Assembly: GCA_963713145.1 (NCBI GenBank)
Contig: CAVQKI010000007.1
Span: forward strand, 40,435-104,434
Length of the DNA: 64,000 nucleotides
Direction of reading: 5' to 3'
DNA from: an uncultured Thermoplasmata archaeon
GTDB taxonomy: Archaea > Thermoplasmatota > Thermoplasmata > Lutacidiplasmatales > UBA184
Shown: piece after piece, positions 29,979 through 41,001 of the stretch
Numbering within the stretch: the first letter of the stretch is position 1
Layout of the letters: the number at the start of each line of letters is the position of its first letter
Notes under the pieces: generated by a model
Seen by the model: the letters and a program-made list of their open reading frames with translations, nothing else
Databases searched by the model: none
What the model was told of the DNA's origin: nothing
Position numbers and translations under genes: made by a program

Positions 29979-31097
29979 GTGCGTCTCCTTTCGCGCGATC
30001 CGGTCACGGGGCTCCACCGGCTCCGGCTCGAGACCCCGAGCGACCTCTGGCGGATCTCCCGCCTCGTACGGCCGGGGGACATCGTCGGCGCGTCGACGAC
30101 CCGCCGTGACCCCGAAGCGCCGGCGGACGTTCCCGGCGCGGAGCGGACCCGCCGGCGGGTCTACCTGGTCATCCGTACCGAGCAGGTCGAGTTCCACGGC
30201 TTCTCAGGCCACGTCCGGCTCACGGGTCCGATCGTCGAGGGGCCGTTCGACATCGGCCGCCACCATACGCTCGACCTCGCCGAGGGCGACGACGTCGCGA
30301 TCCTGAAGCCCACGCTCGGTGCCGGGGACCGCGCCCTCCTCGACGAGGGCCTCTCGGGCAAGGGTGAGCCGACGATCGTGATCGCGTCGGTCGACTGGGG
30401 GGACTCCTCGGTCGTCCGGATCCGGGGACGGGCGATCGAACCGCTCGCCGATGTACGGCGGACCATCGCCGGAAAGCGGTACCGGGACGGGGCCGGTGGA
30501 GCGAGACCGGGAGGCGTACCTCGACGACCTCCTCGCGGTCGTGGTCCGAGAAGGAGAGCCGGCGAACGCCCTCGTGGTGTGCGGGCCCGGGTTCCTCAAG
30601 GAGCAGCTCAGCCGTCGGCTCGCGGAGAAGGCTCCTGCCCTCGCGAAGCGGACCCGGGTCTATCCAACGGCCGAATCCGGGCGCGCCGGCGTGGACGAGC
30701 TGCTCCGCTCGGGCCGGGCGAGCGAGGTCCTGGCGGCCAGCGTGGCCGCCGAGGAGGCGGAGGTGGTGGAACAGCTCGTCCGGGCCCTGGCCACGGGTAC
30801 CCGCGCAGCGGTGGGCCGCCGGGAGGTCACCGAAGCGATCGAAGCCGGTGCGGTCGAGACCGCGCTCGTATCGGACGAGCTTCTCGCGGACCCGGAGATT
30901 GCCCGCCTCCTCGACCTCGCCCGGTCGGGTCGCGGCCGGATCTTCTGGTTCGGGCCGACGAGGCGGCGGGAAAGAAGCTCACGGCGCTCGGCGGCATCGC
31001 CGCGGTCTTGCGCTACGACTGGACCAGCTTGGGCCGCACTACGGGATCGCCTGGATCCCCTCGCGCAGCTCCTCGAACCGACGCTTCAGGTCCTTGA
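29979..31097 (+). CDS. pelA: Pelota (aPelota) ribosome-rescue factor (2 indels)
   Basis: ETPSDLWRI...PGDIV..TTRR, VEFH, RLTG.I, GRHHTL, GPGFLKE, GAVETALVSD, LGGIAAVLRY. Confidence 0.88.
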   Translation: MRLLSRDPVTGLHRLRLETPSDLWRISRLVRPGDIVGASTTRRDPEAPADVPGAERTRRRVYLVIRTEQVEFHGFSGHVRLTGPIVEGPFDIGRHHTLDLAEGDDVAILKPTLGAGDRALLDEGLSGKGEPTIVIASVDWGDSSVVRIRGRAIEPLADVRRTIAGKRYRDGAGGARPGGVPRRPPRGRGPRRRAGERPRGVRARVPQGAAQPSARGEGSCPREADPGLSNGRIRARRRGRAAPLGPGERGPGGQRGRRGGGGGGTARPGPGHGYPRSGGPPGGHRSDRSRCGRDRARIGRASRGPGDCPPPRPRPVGSRPDLLVRADEAAGKKLTALGGIAAVLRYDWTSLGRTTGSPGSPRAAPRTDASGP

Positions 31098-31890
31098 GGG
31101 CGTAGCGGAACGCTTCCCTCGCCGAGAGGGAGCCGTCCGTTTCGAACCGAAGGAAGAACTTCTCCGTGTCCGGCTCGATGCGGATGGAACCGTGCTCGCA
31201 GGTCTTCTCGCACGCGCCGCAGTCGATGCACTTCGTCTCCTCCGTGACGGAGAGCTTGCCTCCGCCGAACTCGAGGATGTTGACCGGGCACGAGGCCGCG
31301 GTCCGCTTGAGGCACGCTTCCGTGCACCCTTCCTTCTTCGCGATCCGGACGTGTGGGTGCGGGAACGACGCGACCCCGTGGGCCACCTGCCACTTCCCAT
31401 GGTCGCGCGCGGAGCCGACGATGGCCGTCGCGTACGCCAGCAGGGCCTGCCGGGCGCCCAGCCGGACGATCGGGACGTCGGGCTCGAGGATCGCCAGCGA
31501 CGGGTCCGCGAGCGGGACGATGTCCTTCGCGTAGACCGTGCAGGGACCCTTCCGGTCGACCGAGAACATCACCTGGCAGTGCGGACACCCCGCCCCGGCG
31601 CAGGTGCACTCCGACTTGCGCCGGAACTGCGAGAGGTCGGTAGGGATCGGAAGCAGGCCCATTCGGAGGGCGACGCCCTCGTCGAACATGCTGGTCGAAG
31701 AGTCGTAGTCCTTCCCCGTGGCCTCGTCGCGTATGGGTCCGAGGTGGAACTCGACCTCGTCGATCGCGAGCCGCGGCAGGTCGGCGAGGAGCGTCCGCCG
31801 GATCGCGTTGACCTGGGAGGCGGTGACGCCCTCGAGCTCGAGCGAGGCCGAGCGGGGCTTGAGGGACTCGATCGTGGTCGGCACGTTCAC
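31039..31890 (-). CDS. rpoD: RNA polymerase subunit D (Rpo3) with a ferredoxin-like insert
   Basis: [46 protein letters not shown]; downstream of rps11. Confidence 0.92.
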   Translation of the reverse strand: MNVPTTIESLKPRSASLELEGVTASQVNAIRRTLLADLPRLAIDEVEFHLGPIRDEATGKDYDSSTSMFDEGVALRMGLLPIPTDLSQFRRKSECTCAGAGCPHCQVMFSVDRKGPCTVYAKDIVPLADPSLAILEPDVPIVRLGARQALLAYATAIVGSARDHGKWQVAHGVASFPHPHVRIAKKEGCTEACLKRTAASCPVNILEFGGGKLSVTEETKCIDCGACEKTCEHGSIRIEPDTEKFFLRFETDGSLSAREAFRYALKDLKRRFEELREGIQAIP

Positions 31891-32270
31891 ACCCGCCGCC
31901 CGCGGCGCCCGCCCTTCGGTTTGGTGCCGTCGTGCGGAACCGGGGTCACATCCTCGATGCGCTGGATCTTGACGCCCGCCCGAGCGAGGGCACGGATCGC
32001 CGCCTGAGCTCCTGGGCCAGGCGAGCGGGAACGGTTCCCTCCGGGAGCGCGGACCCGAACGTGGAGCGTGTCGTAGCCTTTCTCCTTGATGAGCGCGGCA
32101 ACCTGGTCGGCCGCCTTCATCGCCGCGTACGGGCTGGATTCGTCGCGGGCGGCCTTCACGACCATGCCGCCGGTCGCCTTCGCGAGCGTCTCGGCTCCGG
32201 TGATGTCGGTGACCGTGATGTGGATGTTGTTGTAGCTCGCGAAGATGTGCGCGATCCCGATCTTCGCCAT
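31887..32270 (-). CDS. rps11: 30S ribosomal protein uS11
   Basis: [42 protein letters not shown]. Confidence 0.97.
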   Translation of the reverse strand: MAKIGIAHIFASYNNIHITVTDITGAETLAKATGGMVVKAARDESSPYAAMKAADQVAALIKEKGYDTLHVRVRAPGGNRSRSPGPGAQAAIRALARAGVKIQRIEDVTPVPHDGTKPKGGRRGRRV

Positions 32271-32273
32271 GGC

Positions 32274-32862
32274 CTAGACCCCCTCGGGCGGGGGGGTCGG
32301 CGCAACCGGGGCGGATCCCTTCTCGGCCCGCTCGCGCATGATCGACCCGGACGGCGTGGTCCTCGCTCGCGAGAGGGCTGGTGGGCGTGAACGCAAGCTG
32401 ACCCTCTTCGGCGAACGGCACGAGGTAGCCGGGGCGGGTGACGCGGTGGTCGCCGATGGAGAAATGGCCGTGGACGATCCACTTCCGGGCTCCCTTGACC
32501 GTCGGGGCCAGTCCGCGAGTGAACGCGATCCACTGGAGCCGGCGCTTCAGGAGGTCCTCGGTCGTCAGGGCGAGAACGTCGTCCAGTGTCGGGGAGCCCA
32601 CGGGAAGGACCCCGAGGCGGGCGAGGCGGCCGAGCAGCTGGTCGGTCTCGCGTCGCGCCTGTTCTGCCCCCGTCCTGAGCTTCGCCTGGAGCTCGCGCGC
32701 CTGCTGGCGGAACCCGCGGAGGACCGACTGCGCCTTCCAGAGCTCCCGCTTGTTCTTGAGCCCGTAGCGGTCGAGGAGCTTGCGCTCCTCTTCCATGCGG
32801 CTCGCCTCCCACGGGTGCTTGGGGGTATCGTAGAGACGCCGGAGGAATTTCGGATCGCCCAT
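32274..32862 (-). CDS. rps4: 30S ribosomal protein uS4 (frameshift near 32340)
   Basis: MGDPKF, PKHPW, YGLKNKRELW, RRLQ, IVHGH, PGYLV. Confidence 0.95.
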
Positions 32863-32867
32863 CGCCC

Positions 32868-33671
32868 CTACTCCTTCTTCGCGGCGGGGGCCGCCGCGGC
32901 CTTGGCGGGCGCAGCGGCACCCTTGGCGGGCGCGGCGGGTGCCGCCGCGGCGGCCGCGGGCTTGCCGGCGCCGCCGCCGCCCGACTCTTCCTTGGCGGCC
33001 GCTGCCGCGGCTTCCTTCGCGGTCTTCTTCAGGACCCCGGCCGCCATGCCAGTCCGACCGTTCGAACGGGTCCGCTGGCCCCGGACCTTCTGGCCCCGTT
33101 CGTGGCGGACGCCCCGGTAGCTCCGGATCATTCGCATCTGGTTAACGTCGTCCCGCCGCCGGGTGTCGAGGTCGACGCCGACGTAGTGAAGGGTCGTGCC
33201 CATGATCGGTTCGGTCCGGTGGTTGACCATCCAGGCCGGGACCTTGGTCGAGAAGGCCGTCAGAGTCGCTTCGATACCTTCCACGGTCGGCTCGGCGAGC
33301 TCCCCGATCCTCACGGTCGGGTCGACGTGAGCCAGGTGGCAGGCGGTCTCCGCGACGCGGAGGCCCACGCCCGGAACGGCCGTGAGCGCGAGCCCTGTCG
33401 GGCGCGTGCCGTCGATATCCGAGTTCGCAACTCGAACGATGTAACGGAAGTTGGGGTTGGTGGAAACGAACTTGGGGGCCTTCGACGGGGCGCCGGGCTT
33501 GGCCTTCCCCTTGCCTTCCTTCGGCTCCTTCGTCTCCTTGCCCTTGCCGCCGGGGGTCGCCTTCTCCTTCTTGGCGCCCTTTTCGGGGACGGGTTCCGCC
33601 CGGCTGGCCTCCGCCGCGGCGTCCTTGGGAGCTTCCTTCGGCTCCTTCGACTCTTTGGGCGCGACCCTCAC
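32868..33671 (-). CDS. rps13: 30S ribosomal protein uS13 with long low-complexity N- and C-terminal extensions
   Basis: FRYIVR, GVG, PAWMVN, IRSYRGVRH, VRGQRTRSNGR. Confidence 0.95.
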   Translation of the reverse strand: MRVAPKESKEPKEAPKDAAAEASRAEPVPEKGAKKEKATPGGKGKETKEPKEGKGKAKPGAPSKAPKFVSTNPNFRYIVRVANSDIDGTRPTGLALTAVPGVGLRVAETACHLAHVDPTVRIGELAEPTVEGIEATLTAFSTKVPAWMVNHRTEPIMGTTLHYVGVDLDTRRRDDVNQMRMIRSYRGVRHERGQKVRGQRTRSNGRTGMAAGVLKKTAKEAAAAAAKEESGGGGAGKPAAAAAAPAAPAKGAAAPAKAAAAPAAKKE

Positions 33672-33720
33672 TCCCCTGTTCTGTACCCCTCGTCCGAGCA
33701 GAGCGAACGGGAGGCCGAGC

Positions 33721-34471
33721 CTACCGTCCGTCCCCTCGAATGGCGGAGCGGCCGCCGAGAATCCTTCCGCTCTTAACGGCTTCGGGGGAAACAGGTGGCT
33801 CTACCGGCGGAGCCGGGCCCCCGGGGGCGTCCGTGGCCCCGGCGGGGAGCAGGCGGGCCTCCAGGACCCGATACCCGGAGCCCCGGGCCAGGACCTCGAC
33901 CGACCCGGGCCAGCTCGCTTCGAGCTGCTCCTGGTAGTATCGTATCCCCTGGCTCCCCTTGCCCACGAGGACGAGCCGGCCGCCCGAGTTCAAGTGCGAC
34001 GGCGCGCCCGCGAGGATCTCGAGGACGAGCTCCCGACCCGCCCGGTACGGCGGATTGGTCGCGATCACGTCGAACGATTCTCCGACCACGGGCCCGAACA
34101 GGCGGCCGACCCGGACCTCGGCGTTCCGTACCCCGTTCCGTGCGAGGTTGTCGCGGGCCAGGCGCGCGGCGCGCCGGTTGACCTCCGTGAGCGTGACATG
34201 GCCCTCCCGAGCCGCCTTGGCGGCGGCGACGCCCACGGGCCCCCAGCCGCAGCCGAGGTCGAGGACGCGGTCGGTCGGACGGAGCGCGAGGTTCTCGATC
34301 AGGAGCGCGGTCCCGGGGTCGAGGCCGTGCGACGGCGAAAACGCCGGCGTCCACGCGGAACGCGATGAGCTCGCCGCGGTAGAGGAACTTGAGCTCCCGC
34401 TTGACCGACGCCGACCTCGGGCGCTCCGTGAAGTACTGCTCGGTGACGGGTCCCCCGTCGTCCTCGCTCAC
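33721..34471 (-). CDS. RsmC-like class I SAM methyltransferase (frameshift near 34335; stop uncertain)
   Basis: [11 protein letters not shown]...[19 protein letters not shown]. Confidence 0.82.
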
Positions 34472-35617
34472 GACGACCTCCGCCGGAATATCGACTCCCG
34501 CCGCCCCGTGGGGGCCTCCGTTGACGACCCGAACGCTTCGCGGACGAGGTCGCGTTCCCGCGAGCTGAGCGAGCGCGGGACCTCGACGTGGAGCGTTACG
34601 ATCAGGTCGCCTCGCCCGCCGCCCGAGAGCCGGGGGAATCCCTTGCCCCGGAGGCGGAACTGGGTCTCCGGCTGGGTGCCGGCGGGGACCTTGAGTGCCG
34701 CGTGGGCCTCGATGGTCGGGATGGTGATCTCGCCTCCTAAGAGGGCGGTCGCGAGCGGCACCGTCGCCTCCGAGTACGCGTCGAGCCCCTCTCTGCGGAT
34801 GGTCGAGGAGGCCTCGAGGCTCACCTGGACGTAGAGGTCGCCCGACCGAGCGCCCGGGCGTCCACCCATGCCGTGACCCGGAACCCGCAGGATGGCCCCG
34901 TCCTCTATCCCCGGGGGCACGTTGAGCTCGATACGGACGTTGGACCGGAGCTCGCCTTTTCCTCCGCAGGTCGGGCACGGCTCCAAGATCCGCCGGCCCG
35001 TCCCGTGGCACCGCGGACATTCCCCAATCGAGATCAGCTGCGTGAACCCCCGGTTCTGGACGCGGCGGACCTGGCCCCGCCCACCACATTCCGAGCACGT
35101 CTCGATCGCGGTCCCGTACTTCGCTCCCGTGCCGCGGCAGTCGGCGCACGGGGCCGACCGCGGGACGTCGACCGTAGGGTGCGCCCCTGTAACGGCGGCG
35201 GTCAGCGGGAGACGGACCGTGAGCTCGACGTCGCGCCCGCGGGATTCCACCCTTCGCGAGCCCATGCCGAACTGGCCGCCAAGGTCCCCGAAGAACTGCC
35301 GGAAGATGGGGGAGGCGCCGAGCAGGTCCTCGAGATCGCCGACATGGGTGAAGTTCTGCCAGGTGAACCCGCCGGGACCGAAGTCGGACTCGACTCCAGA
35401 GAACCCCATCTGGTCGTACCGACTGCCGCTTCTCGACGTCCGCCAGGACCTCGTAGGCCTCGGAGATCTCCTTGAACTTCTCCTCAGCGATCTTCTTGCT
35501 CTCCTTCGAAACGTCCGGGTGATGCTGTCGGGCGAGGCGGCGATACGCGGACTTCACCTCGTCCGCGCTGGCGGTCCTCGGGATCCCGAGGACCTCGTAG
35601 TAGTCGCGCTTCGCCAT
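34468..35617 (-). CDS. dnaJ: Chaperone DnaJ (frameshift near 35422)
   Basis: [12 protein letters not shown], four CxxCxGxG repeats, GDLYV, PAGTQ. Confidence 0.95.
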
Positions 35618-35674
35618 CGATCGCGAGGGAATCGCTCCCTCAGGCCGACCGTAGGTCGGACGCTATTTACCATC

Positions 35675-36504
35675 TCAGTGGCGCGACTGGCACCTGGCGC
35701 CCACACGACCGAGACTCGAGTCCCGGTCCGGGCTGCGAGCCGGACCGCGGCACTTCCCTCGCGGACCGCGACCTCCAGCGTCCCGAAGCTGGACCCGAGG
35801 GCGCCGACCCGTCGCGGTCCCAACGCCTCGTAGCTCCGGACCCACGGCACGATCCGGCTGCGTCGCCCGACCGTGAGCCGGAGCTGCCCGGCCCGCGGTA
35901 GGACCCACTCGCTGGGGACGTTCGTGATCAGGTTCCCGAACCGGTCGACGTGGACGATTTTCCCGCGGGCTCCACCGGAAATCCGGACCGCGTCCGGGAC
36001 CCGGTAGACGATGGGATCGATCGGGCGCCCCAGCCGGGACGCCGGAATCCCGCGGGCGAGCAGCGCAGCGGCCGGCGCGAAGACGTCGCGCCCGTCGAAG
36101 GTCGTCCCTACCCGACGGTTCGCGCCGCGCCGGTCGGGATCGATCCGGAACGACGCGGCGACGCCGCCGAGGTGTTCGGCCAGCGGCAGCAGTACTCCGT
36201 TGTCCGGACCCACCAGGGTCGAGCCGTCCCGGGCAACGGAGCACGATCGGAGCCCGGATTCCCCCGACCCCTGGGTCGACGACCACGACATGGACCGTAC
36301 CGCGCGGGAACCCGCCGGCGGTCGCCCTGACCACGAAGGCCGCCTCCGCGATCCCGTGGCGGGGCAGGTCATGGACGAGGTCCACGATACGGGACGCGTC
36401 CAGCGATCGCACGAGGACGGCTTTCATCTGGGCCGCGTACGCGGTCCCGACGTCGGTGGACAGGGTGACCAGACGTGAACCGAACCGGCCCCGAGGGGCG
36501 GCAT
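35675..36504 (-). CDS. SAM hydroxide adenosyltransferase / chlorinase-fluorinase family (DUF62; indels, ends approximate)
   Basis: TLSTD.G, MKAV, VVVDPGVG, VGPDNG, TFDGRDVFAP, VDRFGNLITN, LEVAV. Confidence 0.85.
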
Positions 36505-36528
36505 GACCGGGAGACGGGCGGGCGCCGC

Positions 36529-36861
36529 CTACGACTTCATGATGGCGACCAGGAAGATCCCGACCGCTACCAGGGCGCCGATGACCGCCGCTACGATCAC
36601 GAGGAACGACTCCCAGAGGAGCGATGTGAGCTGGCCCTTCGTCCCGCCGTCGAGCCACCCCATCGAGTACGTGTACCCGACCAGCAGGCCCACGACCAGG
36701 CCGCCGACCAGCAGACCGACGCCGACCATGCGGCTCTTCCCGCTTCCGAAATAGGCAGTGAAGATGCCCGCGAGGATCAGGAAGAGCGAGAAGACGAGCA
36801 GCAGGATCGCCAGGAATTGCCAGCCACCGACGTTCAGCGACGTTGCTACGAGTTCGAACAT
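36529..36861 (-). CDS. Small archaeal three-TM membrane protein
   Basis: IFTAYFGSGKSR motif; three hydrophobic helices; RBS upstream. Confidence 0.75.
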   Translation of the reverse strand: MFELVATSLNVGGWQFLAILLLVFSLFLILAGIFTAYFGSGKSRMVGVGLLVGGLVVGLLVGYTYSMGWLDGGTKGQLTSLLWESFLVIVAAVIGALVAVGIFLVAIMKS

Positions 36862-36871
36862 CCTCTTCCTT

Positions 36872-37105
36872 CTAGAACTTGATTCCCGTAAGGGTCTTCG
36901 TGTCGATGACGCCGGCGACCGACCGGATCTTGTCGACGACCAGGAGGCCAAGCGCGTTGAAGTCCTCGGCTTCGACCTTCGCGATCAGGCCGTACTCCCC
37001 GAAGAGGGGGTGCAGTTCCACGATCCCCTTCACGCGAAGCAGCTCCGTGTACACCTCGTGCTCCTTCGCGGGTGCCGTGCTGATAAGGACGAAACCGATC
37101 GCCAC
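36872..37105 (-). CDS. Stand-alone Lrp/AsnC ligand-binding (RAM) domain protein
   Basis: AIGFVLI, LFGEY.LIAKVE, KIR...GV.DTKTL; no HTH. Confidence 0.85.
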   Translation of the reverse strand: MAIGFVLISTAPAKEHEVYTELLRVKGIVELHPLFGEYGLIAKVEAEDFNALGLLVVDKIRSVAGVIDTKTLTGIKF

Positions 37106-37265
37106 GCGATGCACACTCTCTTGACGGCCCGCGACACGGTCCCCCCTTAATAAGCGTGTCGAGAACCGCGGTACCGCTCGGCGGCAAGGGCGCCTCCCGG
37201 GACCCGTCGCAGCGAGTCGAGTCGCCGGCGCTTAAGTAAGCCGCACGTAGCCCCGGGCCGTCCGC

Positions 37266-38674
37266 ATGAAGGTCCCTTTTCGCACGTGGCCCGGTCGGCT
37301 CGTTGCGCGGCCATGGCTGCTGAGCTTCGTTCCCATCAACGCGGCGACCGCAGGGTTCGGCGTGGTCCTGCCGCTGCTGATCCTCATCCCACTGCACGGG
37401 TCGTGGGCGGACGTCGCGGTCGCGGCCACACTGTTCAACGCGGCGGTGATCCTGTCCTCCGTCGTCTGGGGGCACCTGTCCGATCGCTACCCGATGCGCC
37501 GCACCTTCCTCGTGATCAACTACGGGGGGTACGCGGGCCTCTACCTGCTGCTCACCCACGTCGGCTCTCTCCCCGAGCTGTTCGCCGCCTACGCGGTGAT
37601 CGGGGCGATCGCGCCCGCCGGTGCCAGCGCCTCGAACCTCCTGATCCTCGAGAAGTTCACGGAGTCCGAGCGGGCCACGGCCTTCGCGTCGTTCCAGGAG
37701 ATGAGCATGATCGGCTCCGTGGTGGGACTCGTCATCGGATACTTCTGGACGCTCGCGAGCGACTCGCTCCTCACGCTCCTCTATGTGCTCGCCGGCCTCG
37801 CGCTCGCGAGCGCGGTGGCGATCTGGTTCGGCATCACGGACTCGAAGCGCACGCTCACGACCGCGAGCGTCGTCCGCCACCCGGAGAGCCTGTTCTCGCG
37901 GCTACGGCCGGTGCTCTCGTTCCAACTGCCCATCCCGTTCTTCCCGCACCGCCCCCGGCTCGGCCCGCCCCGGTCGCCCGCTTCCGAAAGTGGGCGCGCG
38001 AGGAGCTCCACCACGAGCTCCCGCTCATCATGGTCGCCTCGTTCCTGTTCAATCTCTCGGCGAACCTGTTCAACATCTCCTACACGCCCTACCTCTACGC
38101 CGCCGGTCTCGCGGCCTCCTCCATCTTCCTCGTCAACATCTCGAACAACGTCACGCAGACGCTGGTCTTCCCGCTGACCGGCGGCCTCGCGAACCGGGTG
38201 GGCGCGGACCGGCTCGTCCAGCGCTCGACGTACCTCCGGGCGATCGGGTACCTCGCCACCGGGGGGTTCACGCTCTTCGCCCTTTCGCGGAGCGCGTCGT
38301 TCGGGGCGAACATCCTCGTCTACGCCCTCCTCGGGGGCGCCATCGCCGTCTACACGACCGCGAGCTCCCTGATGTTGTTCCGCGGCCTCGCGGGCCGGGA
38401 TGCAGGGAGCCTCCTCGGGGTCAACAGCGCCCTCGGTGGTGGCGCGGCGGTCGCGGGAGCGGGGCTCGCCGCCGTCCTCTCCTTGTTCGGGAGCTTCCGG
38501 CTTGTCTTCCTCGTCTCGGGGGGTCTTCTGCTGGCCTCGCTTCCCCTCTGGACCGCCGCCTCGATCGCCTACGCGCGTCGGCGCTATTCGCCAGCCGTTC
38601 CTCCGGATCGCGGCGGCGACCCTCCGGCAACGGTCGGCGTAGCCGACGGGGTCGTGGCCGCGAAAGCGCATTAA
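37266..38674 (+). CDS. MFS transporter (frameshift near 37970)
   Basis: WGHLSDRYPMRR motif A; about 12 TM segments over two frames. Confidence 0.85.
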
Positions 38675-38705
38675 TCTGGGCCGGGTCACCCTACCGGACA
38701 GAAAC

Positions 38706-39833
38706 ATGGAACCCTCGGCCGTGCAGCGGGGCCTCGAGGACGTTGTCGCCCTCGAGTCCCGCATCTGCTTCATTGACGGAAGACAGGGGCGGCTGATCTA
38801 CCGCGGATACGACATCCGGGAGCTCACCGCGCGCTCGACGTTCGAGGAGGTCGCGTACCTGCTGTGGTACAGCCGACTTCCCACGGCCACCCAGCTCGCT
38901 GAGCTCAAGCGCCGGATGGCGGAGCTTCGGACCATCCCGGACTCCCTCGCCAAGGTGATCGATTCCCTTCCCGCCGACTCGTCCCCGATGGACATGCTGC
39001 GAACGGCCGTCAGCGCGCTCGCGCTGTTCGAGCCCCAGGAGACTCGCCCAGGGCCGAGCTCGATCGGTGGCGCGCAGCGCCTCACCGCGGTCCTTCCGAC
39101 GATCCTCGGCCGGTTCCACCGACGCCGGACCGGCGGTAAGGCGATCGTGCCCCGCCCGGACCTCTCCCAGGCCGCGTACACCCTGTATGCGCTCGCGGAC
39201 CGCGAGCCGAGCGACCTCGACGCGCACGCGTTCGACGTCGCGCTCATCCTCCACGCGGACCACGAGCTGAACGCGTCGACCTTCGCCGCCCGCGTCACCG
39301 CGTCGACCCTGAGCGACCTCTACAGCTCGGTCACGAGCGCGATCGGGACCCTGAAGGGACCGCTCCACGGGGGAGCGAACGAACGGGTCATGGAGCTCCT
39401 CACCGAGATCGGCGAACCGTCCCGCGCCGAGGGCGTCGTGCGAGCGAAGCTCGCCCGTCACGAGAAGATCATGGGCTTCGGCCACCGGGTCTACAAGGTG
39501 GAAGACCCCCGCGCTACGATCCTCCGCGAATGGCTGCGACGGGTCGGCGAGGAGAAGGGGAACTTGGGCAACTACGACCTACTCGCGAAGATCAAGGAGG
39601 TCGTCCACCACGAGAAGGGGCTCTACCCCAACCTCGACTTCTACTCGGGGTCGGTCTACTCCCTGCTCGGGATACCACACGACCTGTTCACGCCGATCTT
39701 CGCGTCGAGCCGCGTCGCGGGATGGACCGCGCACGTGCTCGAGGAGTACGACGACCTCCGCCTCATCCGGCCGACGGCGAAGTACATCGGGCCGACCGAC
39801 CTCAGCTACGTGCCGATCGACCAGCGGGCCTAG
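38706..39833 (+). CDS. gltA: Citrate synthase (short archaeal/Gram-positive type; 2-methylcitrate activity not excluded)
   Basis: GLEDVVA, YRGY, DHELNASTF, GPLHGGAN, GFGHRVYK, PNLDF. Confidence 0.93.
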   Translation: MEPSAVQRGLEDVVALESRICFIDGRQGRLIYRGYDIRELTARSTFEEVAYLLWYSRLPTATQLAELKRRMAELRTIPDSLAKVIDSLPADSSPMDMLRTAVSALALFEPQETRPGPSSIGGAQRLTAVLPTILGRFHRRRTGGKAIVPRPDLSQAAYTLYALADREPSDLDAHAFDVALILHADHELNASTFAARVTASTLSDLYSSVTSAIGTLKGPLHGGANERVMELLTEIGEPSRAEGVVRAKLARHEKIMGFGHRVYKVEDPRATILREWLRRVGEEKGNLGNYDLLAKIKEVVHHEKGLYPNLDFYSGSVYSLLGIPHDLFTPIFASSRVAGWTAHVLEEYDDLRLIRPTAKYIGPTDLSYVPIDQRA

Positions 39834-40245
39834 GCGGGCGCGCTCTCGGCGGGCGTCGTCCGGTCCGCTTCCCGGGTCCCGCCCGCACGACGCGCATAAG
39901 CGTGTACCGGAGGTCCGGTCGGTGCTCGAGGCGCGCCTCGACGTCCACCGCCCCGTCCGCGAGGACGACCGTGACGTCCAGCATCTCCGGTGAGAGGTAT
40001 CGGTAGGCGTAGCGACCGCGGCCGAGCGGAGGCCCTCGCTCGGGGCGGACCGAGACCCGGACCTCCCGGACGAACGGTTGGAGGCCGACCGCCGCCTCGA
40101 TCACGCGGGCGAGCGCGGGTGCCGTCGCGGAGGAGACCGGCATGCCCACGTACTGATGGAACACGCCCCCCAGCTTGATCCCCGCCTCGAACAGCAGCGC
40201 CTCCCGCCGAGAAAGCGACGGTGTGACGGGTTCTCGTGGTCGCAC
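39802..40245 (-). CDS. mptD: Archaeal dihydroneopterin aldolase (MptD family)
   Basis: REALLFEAGIKLGGVFHQYVGMPVS, LQPFV, Y.YL. Confidence 0.85.
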   Translation of the reverse strand: MRPREPVTPSLSRREALLFEAGIKLGGVFHQYVGMPVSSATAPALARVIEAAVGLQPFVREVRVSVRPERGPPLGRGRYAYRYLSPEMLDVTVVLADGAVDVEARLEHRPDLRYTLMRVVRAGPGKRTGRRPPRARPPRPAGRSARS

Positions 40246-40251
40246 GGTTGT

Positions 40252-41001
40252 TCACCCGGAGGCGGGGCGCTCCCTCGGAACGACGAACGGGCCGAGAAGA
40301 TAGTAGCTCGCCACCCCGACCAGCATACCGAGCGACGCGATGTCCGAGAACAGGTAGAGCGCCGAACCCGGCGGCGGGCGGAACTGGAGGGGCACGAGCG
40401 CGAGCCCCGCGAGGACCCCCGTGGCGGCTGCGACGAGACGGAGCGGCGAACCCCGGCGGACCTTCGGGTAGGGGACCGGAACGACCATCATTACCGAAAG
40501 GACGGCCACGCCCGCGAAGAGCCCGATCGGCTGGACGCTCTGGAACGCGGGGGTGTCGTGGAACAGGAGCGCGACCACGAGGGCGAGCGCGCTCTCGGGC
40601 GTCGGGACCCCGAGGAAGTGCGGCAGCTCGTGGGTCCTCACCGTGAAGTACGTGAGGCGGGCGATCGCGGCGGCGAAGTAACCGGCCGCGAGGGCGACGG
40701 CGAGCGGCTCCCACGGCGCCCAGGTCGCGACGTTCCCGGTGTGCACCGCGATGAGGAACGCCGGCGCAAGACCGAACGTTATGCCGTCCGCGACGGAATC
40801 CGCGACCCGCCCGAAGCGGCTTCCCGGCTTCGGGCTGCGGCGGGAGAGCATCCCGTCCAACCCGTCGAAACCGATGGCGCACCCGATGAGCAGCATCGCC
40901 CAGAGCTTGTTTCCACCGAGCGTGTACAGGATCGCCCCCACGCCCAGTAGCCCGTTCGCGAGGGTCGCGAGGTTCGCCGCGACCCGCCAGCGGTCCGTCA
41001 T
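40252..41001 (-). CDS. pssA: Archaetidylserine/phosphatidylserine synthase
   Basis: ANLATLAN, DGLDG...R...G...DSVADGITFG.AP CDP-alcohol phosphotransferase motif, F.GVPTP. Confidence 0.85.
   Translation of the reverse strand: MTDRWRVAANLATLANGLLGVGAILYTLGGNKLWAMLLIGCAIGFDGLDGMLSRRSPKPGSRFGRVADSVADGITFGLAPAFLIAVHTGNVATWAPWEPLAVALAAGYFAAAIARLTYFTVRTHELPHFLGVPTPESALALVVALLFHDTPAFQSVQPIGLFAGVAVLSVMMVVPVPYPKVRRGSPLRLVAAATGVLAGLALVPLQFRPPPGSALYLFSDIASLGMLVGVASYYLLGPFVVPRERPASG

Noticed and set aside
31039-32862. Apparent uS4-RpoD fusion spanning rps11
   Set aside because: Caused by the indel near 32340; rps11 is intact in another frame between them.
32868-33010. GC-rich repetitive DNA at the end of rps13
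   Set aside because: Explained by Ala/Pro/Lys codon repeats in the protein tail, not a DNA repeat element.
33773-35617. Apparent DnaJ J-domain/methyltransferase fusion (614 aa)
   Set aside because: Produced by indels; the middle of the ORF is out-of-frame sequence.
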